In this document: one piece after another, positions 1 through 20,651 of the stretch
Position numbering within the stretch: the stretch's first letter is position 1
Layout of the letters: every line of letters begins with the position of its first letter
Assembly (NCBI GenBank): GCA_031835245.2
Contig: JAVKOQ020000002.1
Span: 310,001-374,000, forward strand
Direction of reading: 5' to 3'
Length of the DNA: 64,000 nucleotides
Source of the DNA: Balamuthia mandrillaris
Lineage: Eukaryota
The notes under the pieces: generated by a model
What the model was told of the DNA's origin: nothing
Seen by the model: only the letters and a program-made list of their open reading frames with translations
Databases searched by the model: none
Made by a program: the position numbers and the translations under genes

Positions 1-98
1 AAGAAGCGCCTACAGCTGCATCAAGGTTTGCTGGACTTTCATCATTTGGTTCTGGTAAAGCAAAAACAAAACAAAAAAAAAAGACAAGTTAAAAGGGA

Positions 99-137
<39 letters not shown>

Positions 138-770
138 CGAACCTGAGAGCATGCTCATAACGGATATCAAAATCTTTTCAACGCTCTGAACGGGCGACCA
201 CCGCTCCTCGCTCTTCTCGTAGTGGGTCGGGTCATCTCCCGCATGCAAAATGGATATGCAAACCTCTCCGTTTGTATAAACTGCTCACGGAGGGGTTGAG
301 CAAAGGGAATGAGAGAAGGAAAGAGGCGCAAGAGAACATAAGAAGCAGAGAAAAAGAGAAGACAGCTCAACTGTTTGGGTGCCACATTTCAGAAGCGAAT
401 GTCATTTTGGGTGGGTTCAAAGGGTAGTCCTTGGGAAAGACGAGCCGAGCCGTGAAGACGCCGCCTTCGTAGGGTGTACCGGGTGGACCCCTATGTTTGG
501 TTTTAAGTTATAAAAAAGAAGCCATTCTTTACTACGAGAAAAAAAAACACCCAGCAGCAGGAAAATAAAACGACAGAAAGAAGTCGTACATGATGAGAGC
601 CTCCCACTCCAGAAAGTTATCTTCGCTCACTGGTCCAACCGTCAAACCCTCTGGAGGGTTGATCGTGAGCTCTTTTTGTTTTAGGTTAGTCTTGTTGTGA
701 ATATCTCTTTTTTTTTTGTTTGTCCTTTACCTCTGTACTCATGCATAAGCCGTTTATACGCAGTTGCCAT
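1..770 (-). CDS. UBE2G2: Ubiquitin-conjugating enzyme E2, Ubc7/UBE2G2 family (spliced; 3' end runs off the window)
   Basis: Spliced exons read [13 protein letters not shown] / [27 protein letters not shown] / [36 protein letters not shown] / [39 protein letters not shown] / [13 protein letters not shown]. The acidic insertion after the catalytic Cys is typical of Ubc7/UBE2G. GT-AG junctions. Confidence 0.93.
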
Positions 771-1103
771 GGATGGACGCTCTTTCAAAAAAAACAAAAC
801 AAAACAAAAACACTACACACAATCACAAACACCAAAGACCAGTTCTCTGTCTCTTTTCTTCTTTTCCACTTTTTCTTGTGCCTGCTCTGTCCTCCACAAC
901 TCGAGCTGCTTTTGTGCAGTCCGATCGGGAAATTTCCGATCACAAAAACGATGCACAACTTTAGCTGCGATTGTGCTGGGTGGATGTGTCCGCAAAATTT
1001 TTTGAAATTTCAACGGTACGAGGAGTCAACTAGAAAAAAATCAGATTAATTTTTTTCTTTTTTGGTTGGGAAAAAAGATCGAAAAGAAGAAAAGCAAACG
1101 ACG
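771..1103. promoter_or_regulatory. Bidirectional promoter region Ubc7/TBP
   Basis: Head-to-head starts about 330 bp apart; near-palindrome GATCGGGAAATTTCCGATC at 923-941. Confidence 0.5.
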
Positions 1104-2529
1104 ATGGACCCGAGTGGTACACAACAACAAAGTTCCTATGGAGTAACAACCTCCTCCTCTTCCTCTTCCTCCTCCTCCGCCTCTTCCAAAACAACAGAGT
1201 CACATCAACAACAAAGAACTCCTCTATTTATGTCAAACAGCGGGGGCTTCCCCAGCCTGACCTCCTCCCCTGCGACCCTCTCCTCCTCGGCCTCCAGCAC
1301 CCCCATTCAGAAAAACGTGGCCGACGATGACGACGATGAGGCCGACGCGGTGGCGGAGGAGGTCCGCTCGCTGAGCATGGACCCCACACGCATCCCCCTC
1401 ACATTTGATGAGAGCTCACAAAACGCTGACGAGGTGGACATGTCGAGGCATCCTTCTGGCATTATTCCCACTCTTCAGTATGCTTTTTTTAAAACTCTCC
1501 TCTCTCTGTCTCTCTGTCTCTCTCTATTCTTTTCTTACATCTCATCGTTCTGCACCAACTCTTAAAATTGAAAAAACAAAAAGAAATCTTGTATCAACAG
1601 TAAATTTGGGCACTCGGCTTGACCTCAAGGAGATTGCCTTGCACGCCAGAAACGCCGAGTACAATCCCAAGGTACTCTTTCAAAATAAATGCCTCTCTCC
1701 TCTCCATTTGTTTCCTCTTTCTTCTGCTTTCTTGTTTTCCCACCCTATTTGCCGGTCAAAAGCTTCCTCTGTCTTTCTCTCTCTCTCTCTTGTCTTTCTC
1801 TCCTGTGCTCTCTTCTCTCCCCTTTCTCTCGTCTCTCCTTTCATCTCCATTCTCTCTCTCTCTCTTTCTCTTGTCTTTCTCTCCGCTCTCTTCTCTTCTC
1901 TCTCTCTCTCTTATCATTTCTGTGTTTCTTCTCTCAACCTCCAAATCCATTCCAGCGTTTTGCGGCTGTCATCATGAGAATTCGCGACCCCAAAACAACG
2001 GCCTTGATCTTTGCCTCTGGCAAGATGGTCTGCACGGGCGCCAAGAGCGAGGAGGCCTCCAGGCTGGCCGCCCGCAAGTACGCTCGCATTATCCAAAAAC
2101 TGGGCTTCCCCGCCAAGTTCATGGACTTTAAGATCCAAAACATTGTGGGCTCCTGCGACGTCCAGTTCCCCATTCGACTGGAGGGCTTGGCCTACGCCCA
2201 TGCTCACTATTGCTCTGTATGTATCTCTCTTTATCGTACTTTTGGCTATAGTTTTGCTTTTTTCTTTTTTCTATCTTTTTTTCCATCGTTGTTGCTTTTC
2301 CTGCTCTTTGCTTTCTTCTTTCTCACATACTATTCTTTGCTTCCCTTTCACAACAAAGTACGAGCCAGAGCTCTTTCCGGGCCTGATATATCGGATGGTG
2401 CAGCCAAAGATCGTGCTGCTGATCTTCGTGTCGGGAAAGATTGTCCTGACGGGAGCCAAAGTGCGGGAGGAGATCTACGAGGCCTTTGAGAACATCTACC
2501 CCGTACTTACCGAGTACAAAAAGACATAA
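1104..2529 (+). CDS. TBP: TATA-binding protein (4 exons)
   Basis: [56 protein letters not shown]../[31 protein letters not shown]. Ser-rich N-terminal extension. Introns at about 1478-1583, 1672-1956 and 2217-2358. Confidence 0.98.
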
Positions 2530-2623
2530 AACCACCTTTTTTTCAAGCGCCGCTGTATAAAAAACGAAAACAAAAACGAAAAAGAATAAAAAGTTTTGTG
2601 TGGAAATAATAACTTTGTTTTGT

Positions 2624-4269
2624 TTAATCAAAGGTGGTCTTCTTGCCGGCAAAGGATCCAATGCCGGCATTGTTGGTGCTGCTCACGCCACCGCGTCCTC
2701 CTCTTCCTCCAAAACCGCCTCGGCCTCCCCTTCCGCCGCCTCTGTCCCCTCCTCGTCCTCTGCCTCCTCCGAAACCTCGGCCGCCGCCTCGGCCGCCGCC
2801 CCTTCCTCCGAAACCTCCCCTGTCACCGCCCCTATCTCCTCCGCCGCCGCCGCCTCCGCTCTTTCGGTCGTTGGCATAATCCATACGAACGTATCGGCCG
2901 TCCACGTCCACTTGGTTGCTCTTGGCGATGGCGGCCTCCACGGCGGAGGGGTCGCTAAACTCGCAGTAGCCAAAGCCACGGGACTTGCCGGACTCTCTGT
3001 CATAGACGAGGCGCACCTGGCTGACCTCTCCAAACTGAGACATGACCGCGGAGATGCTGTCCTCCGATGAGTCAAAGCTCAAATTGCCAAGGAAGATGGT
3101 GGATCCGCCATTGCCTCCACCACCTCCACCGCCACCGCTTCCTCCGAAGCTGCTTCGTCGGTTTCCACCGGCACCAAAGTTACCGCCGCCGCCTCCAGCG
3201 CCTCCGCGAGCGGAAGCATCGTTGGCAGGATCGATCTTGATGTTGCGTCCATCCAACTCGGCGCCGTTCAACTTTTGGACGCAGTCCTGCACGTCGGTGA
3301 CATCGGCGTAGCCAAAGCCGCGGGACTTGCCGGTATTGCGGTCGGTGATCACCCTGAAGTTGCTGCCCTCCACCTGGTACTCAGAGAAGAGGTTGGCGAG
3401 GGAGTCCTCGTTGGTGCCCCATGACAGGTTGCCGATAAAGACGCTGCCGCTCTCCGTGGTCTTGGCTTTCTTAGTGTCGGCATGGCCGTTTTGCTGTTCC
3501 GATTCCTCATCTTCTGTGTTCTTTCTCTTTGTGCCTTTGGATTCTTGTTCCTTAGATTTCTTGTCTTCAGCCTCTTCTTCTTCCTCGCTGGAACTGGATT
3601 CCTCATCTTCCTCCTCGGAGCTGCTTGACTCTTCCTCCTCTTCTTCCATCTTTGTGGATTTAGCAGCAGCAGCGGTTGCGGCAGGCTTCTTTTTGTCTTC
3701 CTCTTCCTCCTCGCTGCTCGACTCCTCCTCGCTGGAGCTGCTTTCCTCCTCGCTGGAACTAGGCTCCTTCTTGTTGTCCTTTGCGGCAGTAGCAGGGGCG
3801 GCCTTCTTTTTCGTGTCTTCCTCCTCCTCTTCGGAGCTACTGGACTCTTCCTCCTCCTCCTCTTCGGAGCTGCTGGACTCCTCTTCAGAAGAACTCTTCT
3901 TGCTGTTTTTGGTGGTGGTAGTGGTAGTGGTCTCCTCCTCGCTGGAGCTGCTTTCCTCCTCGCTGGAGCTGGACTCCTCCTCTTCCTCTACCATGGGAGT
4001 GGGTTCGGGCTCAGGCTTCTTCTCCTCTTGCTTCTTAGTCTTCTTGTTTTTGCCATTCTGCACTGTTTTTACGTCTTTCATAATTAAGACCAGGAGAAAA
4101 GAGAGAGCGAGAGGTGAGTGGAGATGTTCCTTCAAAATAGCCACCGGAAAAAATGGAGAGAAGTGTAGTTTTTTTTTTTTGGTTTTCGAAAAGTACCTTT
4201 CTTCGATTTGTCTTCCTTTGTGTCTTTCTTGGCGCTCTTGCCTTTGGTTTGCTTCTTGGAGGATCCCAT
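2624..4269 (-). CDS. Nucleolin / Nsr1-Gar2-like protein (acidic Ser repeats, 2 RRMs, RGG tail)
   Basis: Short exon 1 MGSSKKQTKGK.., one intron at about 4075-4196, SSSEEE repeats, two RRMs (VFIGNLSW..RGFGY; IFLGNLSF..RGFGYCEF), GAR/RGG region, and C-terminal GKKTTFD like Nsr1/Gar2. Confidence 0.92.
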
Positions 4270-4434
4270 CTTTTTTTTTTATAGTATGTTGTGTGCGTGA
4301 ATAATAAATAAATAAATAAAAAGGAGCGATCGGCTCTTTCAAAAAAAAAAAAAGCGGAGTAGTAGCGGTGAAGAAAAAAAAAAAGGGGAAGGAAGAAGGG
4401 AGGGCGAGTGTAGAGTGTTCTATTTTTTGAAAAG

Positions 4435-4466
<32 letters not shown>

Positions 4467-4775
4467 AATAAAAGGAAAAAGAAAAAGGAAAGAAACGGGA
4501 TGATATGCTCGAGGAGTCGTTCCTGTGTTTTTCTTCTTTCCTATTAGCGACATTAACGGCTATTAACCCTCGAGTCAAGTTTAAATCTGCTGACGACACG
4601 AATTGTCCGCAAAAACAACGCCCATGGGAAATTCCGTTTCATGTCGCTCCCTAGTCCTGTCTCATGTCCTTGCTCCTCTCCTCTCTCGCATCCTCTCTCG
4701 TGTCTTTTGGTTATTCAACAAAAAATTCAAGAATAATAGAGGCGGTTTCCTTTCTGTTATGTGTTTGTTATTCGT

Positions 4776-7700
4776 TCAGAACAAGCGAGCGCCATAGGCG
4801 TCGAATTCTTTGAGCCCAAAGACCATAGGACCAACCTTGGTAAAGCAGGAGTCACCGCGGGTGATGTCCCCTCCGAGAACGGCCGCAAGGATATCGGCCG
4901 GTTTCTCGTGTTCGCTTTCCACCAAGAAAAACAAGCCTTTTTTTTTGCGTTGTTTTTTTAAAGTCAGGAATACATTTTAAAAAATTTTAGAGAAAGAATG
5001 AAAAGAACAAACCTTCTTCCAGTCCGAGAGTGACTATTTGGCGAACGTCCAAGGGTTCTCCCTGTCGTCGGAGAATGAGCAACGCCCCTTTCTTCAAATG
5101 CTTGGTCGAGTTTCGTTGTTCCTGTTTGCAGACCAGCGTATCCACGTTGGCGTGCACAGTGCTGTTATCATTGGCATTGCTTTCTTTTCTTTTTTCTTGC
5201 TCTTGCTCTTTCTTTCTTCGCTTGGCGCTCTTCCTATTGTTGCTGTTGTTATTATTGGTGTCGCTTGCGCCATCGCCGTTTTGTTCATATGGTTGTGATC
5301 CGTTACGATGATCATGTTGGTGTAGGAGTTCGGACGTTCCATTGAGGGATCTTTGTTTGCGATACCGACCTGCCGTTCGTCTTGCAACCTTTTGAGGTCG
5401 TGCTTCTATTTCTGCTTCCTCTTCATTTACTTGTTCATTCGCTTCTACTCCGTATTCTTTGGCTTGTGGTATCCGTGTTGCTTCTTCCCCTGCTTTTTCT
5501 TTTTCTTCTTTCTGTAGTTCTGATATTTCTTCAACTTCTTGTTGCATTCTGGGAATCTCTTCTTTCTCCTCTTCTTCTTGTGCTCCGCCTTTTGTTGCCA
5601 TTTTTCCGTTTGTTGAAACGGAAGTAGCTCCAATGGACTCATCCAACAGTGTCATTCCTTGACTGAAGTGCCTACCCACTGTTCTTCGTGCTATCTTTTC
5701 TTCTTCCTCTTCTTCATTTTCATCTTCATCATCAATAACTATAACCATTTTCTCACTTTCTATTCTGATTCCATTATCCGTGCCTTCGCTTCGTTTTTCT
5801 TCTTCTTCTACATCTTCTGCGTCTAGATTTTCCTGCTCCTCTTCCTCCACTTCCTCCTCTTCATGTTCATCTTCGTTCGGGTTGGTTTCCGGTGGAGTAG
5901 AATAAGTAAACGATAAGAGAGCCAAGTTCTCAGGCGTCAACGGCGGCAGTTCCAGTTGCTTCAGAGCAGAGGCACTGAAGTTAGTTACAGAAAGAGGGTT
6001 GTCTTTGTCGTTTGGTCTTTGCATGCCTTGTCTCTCGCCCCAGTATTCCTCATAATATTTTGCCTTTAGAAGAAAAAGAAGAAATAGGGTAAGAAGAAGC
6101 AAGAAGGAAAGAAAGCATTAAAAAAAGTTAACCGAACTCCAAAGGAGCAAACCACACCTTCCAAGCTGTGTTGTGCCCCGAGGATAAAGATTCATCTTGA
6201 TCCCGATCCTCCACATAACCGCGTCTACTACGGCTCCTTGTCGCTCTCGTCGACCTGCGCGAAGACTGTCGTCGTTGCTGGTTCCTACAAAAAGTGCGAT
6301 AGTCATCTCCTTCTGGGTCAAACTCCCCTGCCTGATGCAGCTGCTGAAACATGGACAACGCAGCCGAGAACGTGGAGTTGAACCGTAACAGCTCATTGAT
6401 GGATTCAGGGCTGCGTCGATCCACTTCTGGCAACAAAAGCATCAAACGGTCCTTCTCTTCAGCCGAGAGACAGTCGTTAAATGTGTCGGCGTTGAGGATG
6501 TTTTTGAGGTTGGAGACTTCGCAAAGAGCAGAGTGAGGATCGCGAAATAAAGACTCATCGTCATTGTCGTAACTTTCTTTTCGTTTGGATTTGGGTTTTG
6601 TTCTGCTTCGTGGTATGGCGGATGAAGTAGAAGAAGAGGATTTAGAGGAAGAGGCGGAGCGTTTTTTGGATTTGGATTTTGGAGTTTTTGGTGTTTTGCT
6701 GCGTGAAGAGGTTTTCTTTTTAGAGGTTTTTTCGGCGGCTGGCAATGTAGCCTTTCGTTTCTTTCCAGATACAGGAGTTGAAGAAGGCGATGAAGAAGAT
6801 AAAGTAGAAAGAGAAGTTGTTGTCATTGTGTCGGCAGATAGTTCAGAAGCAGAAGATTGAAGGGAGATAATAGTAGCAGAAGAAGGCATATCAATTACGG
6901 AGAGAGAGGAAGGAAGAGAAGGAACAGGACAAACAGGAGGCAATGAAGGAGAAGTGGAAGCTTCAAGGTCAAGAGGCGAAGGAGATGATGAGAGTGGTGT
7001 TACACTAGGTGTCGTTGTTATCGTTGATGTTGTGGCAGAAAATGTAAAGGAAGCAGAAAGGGGAGAAGAAGCAGGGGACATAGAAGGAGGGGAAGGGGAA
7101 GGAGAACGAGAACGAGGAGGAGAAGCAGGAAGAAGATGACCTGTAGCGACATGTATTGCAGAAACAAGAACAGGAGAAGAAGGAGCTGAACGGGAAACAG
7201 AGGAAACATAAATAGGAAGCAGAGGAGACGATGGAGTTGCAGTTACAGAAGAAATAGTCGGCATAGTACTGTTCTCAACATAAACATCATTGGAAGGAGA
7301 AACTGAAATAATTTCAGTTTCAGAAGCAAGAGCTTTGTCAAACGAAAATGTTGAAGGTTTAGAAGAAGAAACGAGAGGAGGTAAATCAGCCACCGAGGAG
7401 GAATAAGAAGAGTTATCGACGGCAGTAAAAGGAGATGTAGGAGAAGAAGAAAGATGTCCTTGAGACTGCAAAGTAAAAGAAAGAGAAGGTGGCGAAGCAG
7501 GATGAAGAGGAGAGCAGGGAGGAGAAGCATCAAGAGAGTACGCAGGAGGAGACGGGGAGGATATGGGAGAAGGCGGAGAAGATGAAGTCAAATCGATTTC
7601 CACTGGATGTGAAGAAGAACGAAGGGTAACGAAGCTGGGCAAGTCATCGCTCTGATGACTGCCATCGTCGTCCATTCGTTGTCTGTGCTGTGGTTGAAGT

Positions 7701-8683
7701 TCAGCGTCCTCTTCCACAGGCGCTTCTACGTGTACTTCTGCTTCTTGATACAAATGATCTTGCCCATCTTGTGGTTGTTCATGTTCATGCTCTGTTGCTT
7801 GTTCTTGTTCTTGTTCTTCTTCTTCTTGGTCTTGGTCTTCTTCTTCTTCCTCCTCCTCCTCCTCTTGTGCTTGTTCTTCTTGTTCTTCTGGTTCTTCTTC
7901 TTCTGGTTCTTCTTCTTCTTCTTCTTCTTCTGCTGCTTCTTCTTCTTCTTCTTGTTTTTCTTCTTCTTCCAGTTCCCGTTCTGATTCTTTGTCTAATTCT
8001 TCTTCCGTGCAGAGCAACTGGAAGTGATCCTTCACAACCAAAATCTCGCTATCAGAAGATGAATCGTGTGCCGCTCTAGAAAATGCATCACATTCTTTGA
8101 TGTTTAGCGTTGCCTCATTATCCTCCCCTTCGGCTTCCCCCTCCTGTCCAATTACGTTTCCGCCTTCTTCCGTCTCGTCTGTTAGCGGCAGTGATTTTTC
8201 TTCTATGTCTACCGCTTCTTTTACTGTGGCTAAGTTATGTTGTTGTTCCACTTCTTTCATTTTATCTTCAAATGCTTTGCGAATTAGTTGGAAATGTGCT
8301 TTCGAAGCAAAACGTCTTTTCAGAGCAACAGGTGGCGTCCATGTAGAAGAAGCTAAGCCTTCTTCATCTTTTTCTTCCTCTATTTGTTGTGTTGGTGCAG
8401 TCTCTTTCCGTTTCCCCGTTTTTTTCTGTAGCACATGCTTCTCCTCTTCGCTTGCATTTCTATCAACATCGATCTCCTCCTCTTTCTCTTCCTCCTGTTC
8501 CATTGGCCGAAGTGCCTTGTGTTTTTCTCGCTCTCTCATACGTTCTTCCTCTTCTTCTTTTTCTCGTTCACTTTGTCTCTGCCTTTCTCGCGCAAGTTTA
8601 CGTTTACGCTCTCGTTCACGTTCCTTCTCTCTTTCTTTTTCCCTTTCTCGTTCGCGTTTGTGTTTGCGTTCGCGTTCGTGTTC

Positions 8684-8715
<32 letters not shown>

Positions 8716-9646
8716 GTTTTTTTTGCAGTTCTCGTTCGCGTTCGCGTTTGTGTTTGCGTTTGTGTTTGCGTTCGCGTTCGCGTTCTCGTTCGCGTTCTCG
8801 TTCTCTTTCTTTCTCTTGTATTTTTTGAAGTTCTCGTTCTTCCGCTTCTATTTCCTTGCTTCTTCTCTCCCGTTCTTCTTCCTCTAGGTCACCGTAGTCT
8901 TCCTCGTCGTCGTCGTCGTCGTCCTCTCCTTCTGCACCTCCCCAGGAAGCACCATCCGGCAACAAAAGCGGGTCCACCTCCTCCGCTGTCGTCTGATACA
9001 ACAACGGGTCTATCAGCTCCTCCACGCTCTCCTCTTTCGCTTCTTCTGGTCCTGCTTGTTCGTCTTCATTATGTTGGGTGGCGTGAAAATATTCGGGGAA
9101 AGCTATTGTTGAGGTCCTCGTTGGTGAAGTCAACGTCGGTATCGAAGAAGAAGAAGAAGAAGAAGAAGAAGAAGAAGAAGAAGAAGAAGAAGAAGAAGAA
9201 GAAGAAGAAGAAGAACAAGAAGAAGAAGCAGCAGCAGCTGGGAAGGAGCAAGAGAGGCGAGAAGACAAAGGAGAGGGACCGGAGGCCGTCAGCTCTTTGT
9301 GGGCCAGCTCTTGGACGAACAGCAGGAAGGCCGTGCGGTGGCTCTGTTGGTTGAGGCTTTGGAGCAGCCGACAAAACAACAGCTTGGCTGCTTCCGCTGT
9401 GATTTCATTCTCTCCGTCTTCTCCTGTTTTTTTTGTTTCAAGATTAATTTTTTTTTTGTGGAGTGAAAAAAAGATGTTTGTTTTTTTTTGGCGCTGAATA
9501 AGAAGAAGAGTGTGAGGGTTTGTGTGGTTACCTTGAAGCGGCATTAGCATGAGAGCGGTGCAAGCGGATGAGAGCGCAGAGTAACTTGGAATGCCCGTGC
9601 CTTCTTTTTCAAACAGCAAGGGCTCCTTCCAGCTCCTCTTTCTCAT
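4776..9646 (-). CDS. ASXL/NFRKB-like chromatin protein with DEUBAD (ASXH) domain and C-terminal HARE-HTH
   Basis: About 6300-6560 reads SLFRDPHSALCEVSNLKNILNADTF..LSAEEKDRLMLLLPEVDR..FSAALSMFQQLHQAGEFDPE, followed after splicing by WKAKYYEEYWGE (DEUBAD-like). The last two exons give GALLILRRQGEPLDVRQIVTLGLEEGLF..KPADILAAVLGGDITRGDSCFTKVGPMVFGLKEF (HARE-HTH-like). Long low-complexity middle. Confidence 0.78.
9144..9230. repeat. (GAA)n trinucleotide tract encoding poly-Ser on the minus strand
   Basis: Directly visible gaagaagaa run inside the ASXL-like exon. Confidence 0.95.
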
Positions 9647-9858
9647 CTCACCAAACGTGTTTTTTTTTATTTCGTTAATTGTCTTGCAATAAATTTTCTA
9701 ATCGAAAATTTTGGCAATTTATTTCCGTTTTTTTGTTTTTCTGACAAAATATCCAACTATCGTAAAATTTCGTGTCGTCACGATAATCGTTACCGAGATC
9801 TCCGTGTCGTCATGATAAATATTTCCACGTAAATTTTTTCTTTCGTAAAAATGTCTCT

Positions 9859-17766
<7,908 letters not shown>

Positions 17767-18137
17767 TGGAGAGAGAGGGAGGAGCTGCCACAAAGAGAGA
17801 GCGAGAGCGAGAAAAAAAAAGTAGTGGGTAAGAGGACTTTGAAGTGCCTGAAGTACCACCACTCGGCCCTTTTTTTCTTTTGTCTTTTTTGCTACCTCTT
17901 TGGCAGCAGCAATGCTGCACAATTGCTTGACGTTTTGTCGACAATGGGATTTATGTCGACGAGTTGCTCTTTTTCGGCAATTGACCAAAGCGCAATGGTT
18001 AGGTTTGGCAGTAGTCCTTGTCGACACCCACTTTCCCCGCTTAAAATAAGCAGGGAAGCGCAGGGACTATTTTACTGCCCTTTTTTCCATTGCCATTTCT
18101 TTTCTGCAAATTATTGCTTTGCGAGCTAATTTTGGAA

Positions 18138-18634
18138 TGAATGGACAGGTGGAATCATTGGGTGGCGAGCTGGATAGCTGGCTCTGCCTCTATTGCTCGA
18201 CCCTGCTTATTGGCGACGAGCGGAAGCATCTCAGTTCCGGCAAGTTGTTTGTTTCTTCGTGGGCATTATAGTTTTGATCCGTTGCCATCTGCTTATTCCC
18301 CCTAGAGGCTCGCCCAAGCTCACCCGCATCTTAAAGAGCCTTCCAGCCTTGGGCGAGGACTACGCCCCAGTGAACCTGCTAGTTGCAAAACATACCTTCC
18401 AACAGATCCTTCGTGCAATCCGTGAGTACCTCAGAAGAAGTTAAAGAAGCAGCGGAAGCATTGGCTGCTCAAAGAGAACTAGTACAAGAACCGCAAGACC
18501 AAGGAGGTCTCAGCTTAATCCGTAAGGAAATGCTATCCATGCTGGAACCAACTGCTTCCGATGAAAAGGAAGCGCCGCACAAAGTCACATGCACTCGCGG
18601 CGGCTCAGCTGACCTCTCAGAGAACCAACCGTAA
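18138..18634 (+). pseudogene. Possible small or degenerate coding remnant, unidentified
   Basis: Two overlapping short ORFs in different frames with protein-like composition (..SPKLTRILKSLPALGEDYAPVNLL..; ..EEVKEAAEALAAQRELVQE..). No recognisable family. Confidence 0.2.
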
Positions 18635-18723
18635 CAAAGAAGGGAAGTAAGTTTTTGTGTTTTGTTTATCGGTGTATTTTCAAAAATAAAAACAAACAGA
18701 GATGTGTTGTGGCTCGTTTTGCT

Positions 18724-20341
18724 TTAGTTGGCGGCAAGAATGTCCATGGCGGCTGTCTTCTCCTCCACCAGTTCCTTCTCTGTGGTTTGCATGAGCTGAC
18801 GGGCGCGGGGCTGCACGGGCAAGCCCTGCACGATGCTGTACTCCCCGTGGGAGCACGTCACTGGGAAGGAGTAGATGACCCCTTTGCTCACGCCGTAGCT
18901 TCCATCTGAGACCACACCCATGCTGACCCATTCTCCCTTTTTTGTTTTTTGTGAGTGGAAAGGGATGAAAGCAGCAGAGAAAAAGAAGAAAGAAAAATGG
19001 GGAACACAAAGAAGAGAGGACGAGCGAAGAGAAGAGGGAATACGGAATGGTGAAGAATGCAATGAGGAGATGAATAGAGTACCGGTTGGGTTCCAAGCAG
19101 CCAATCCCGCATGTGGTCGACCACAGCAGTGGCAGCAGAGGCAGCGCTAGAGAGCTTCCGTGCCTTGATGACGGCGGCGCCCCGTTGCTGCACTGTGGGG
19201 ATGAAATGGCGGTCCAACCACTCCTCTTGACCCTTCAGCAGCTCGGAGAGTGGTTGCTTGCCAGAGGGAGAGGTGACAAAGCCGTGCGCCACGTCTGGGA
19301 ATTGAGTTGCAGAGTGATTGCCTTTTTAAAAAAAGATGGATAAATATGGTGCAGCTGAAGACGTGAAAAGAGATAACCGAAGGGGTTTGCAAAAAAATAA
19401 AGATATGAAAGATAGACAGGAATGAAGGGCGAAGGATAAAAGTATGAAGGAGTAAGAAAGTGTGAAGAACGGATGGAATGTAAAGATGATTGCAACCGAT
19501 ACAAGAAGAAAGAAGAAAAAGCGAAGAACTTGGCGCTTACCCCAAATGATAACGTTATGAACGTCAGCCACTGACACTCCAACCTTCTGTGCAACCTGCG
19601 CGGTGGCCCTGTTCTGATCGAGCCGTGTCAAGGCCGAGAAGTTGCGTGATGGAATGTCCGGCGCGCAGGACATGGCGATCAGGCAGTTGGTGTTGGCCGG
19701 GTTGCCGACGACCAGCACCTTGACGTCCCTGGAGGCGTAGGCATTCAAGGCCGCGCCCTGGGCTTTGAAGATGGAGGCGTTTCGCTCCAGCAGGTCCTTC
19801 CTCTCCATGCCTGGCTTGCGAGGGAAGGCGCCGACGAGAATGGCGGCGTCCACGCCCTGGAAGGCCTCCTTGGTGTCCGTGGTGGCCACGATCCCTGCCA
19901 ACAGAGGGAAAGCGCAGTCCTCCAGCTCCATGACGAGGCCCTCGAGGGCTTGCTTCATGGGCGGGATGTCGAGGAGGTGCAGGATGATGCGACGAGTGGG
20001 GCCGAGGAGGTTGCCGCGAGCGATCATGAATACGAGGGAGTAGGCGATCTGGCCGGCGGCGCCGGTGACCAGGATGCGAACGGGGGGCTGTTGAGGACCA
20101 TTGGAGGAGAAGATGGAGGCAGCAGTGGCCATGGGACGGATTTGTTGCTACACGACATTTTAAAACAAAAGATGCAAGATGAGATGACCAAAGCCCAAAA
20201 AAAAAAGAAGATTGATAAAGAGACGAGGGGTGTAAGAGGTACCATAGAGTCCCCATCATGCAACATCAAGTGTCGGGACAGTGCATGCAGCCGCATGGCC
20301 GCGGTCTTGTGGCGACTCATCTCAGACATCATCATCATCAT
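18724..20341 (-). CDS. MDH1: Malate dehydrogenase, MDH1 (cytosolic-type) clade, with an upstream PTS2-encoding exon
   Basis: [63 protein letters not shown] and [21 protein letters not shown]. Exon 20243-20341 splices in frame (GTACC..TAG) to [11 protein letters not shown]. Confidence 0.95.
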
Positions 20342-20651
20342 GGGTAACACGCACTCCACCTCTTTCTCTCTCTCTTTGCTACGCTACTTTTGTTCTGCTT
20401 TGGTCTGTTCGCCCGCACGTAACCCGCGGACAATTTTTTTTTTTGCCCCAACCGTTTTTCTTTTTTCTTACTTCTCGCTCCGAATTTTAAGGTATCCCCC
20501 ACCTTAAAATTCAATGTCGTCACGAAAAAACATTTATGTGTCGTCACGATAAAACGATGACATCATCGGATTCTATAAAAGGTAGATGATACGTCAGCTA
20601 TTGAATTTGCAAAGCGATAAAAAAAAAACAGAGAGAAAGGAAGAAAAAGAG
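20342..20651. promoter_or_regulatory. Bidirectional promoter region MDH/Vps8 with tandem TGTCGTCAC motifs
   Basis: Head-to-head starts 310 bp apart; TGTCGTCACGA at about 20515 and 20539. Confidence 0.55.

Noticed and set aside
3327..4304. Long plus-strand Ser/Leu-rich ORF
   Set aside because: Antisense of the nucleolin acidic repeats.
7655..9354. Several hydrophobic poly-L/F/V ORFs resembling membrane proteins
   Set aside because: Antisense and alternate frames of the Glu/Arg repeats in the ASXL-like gene.
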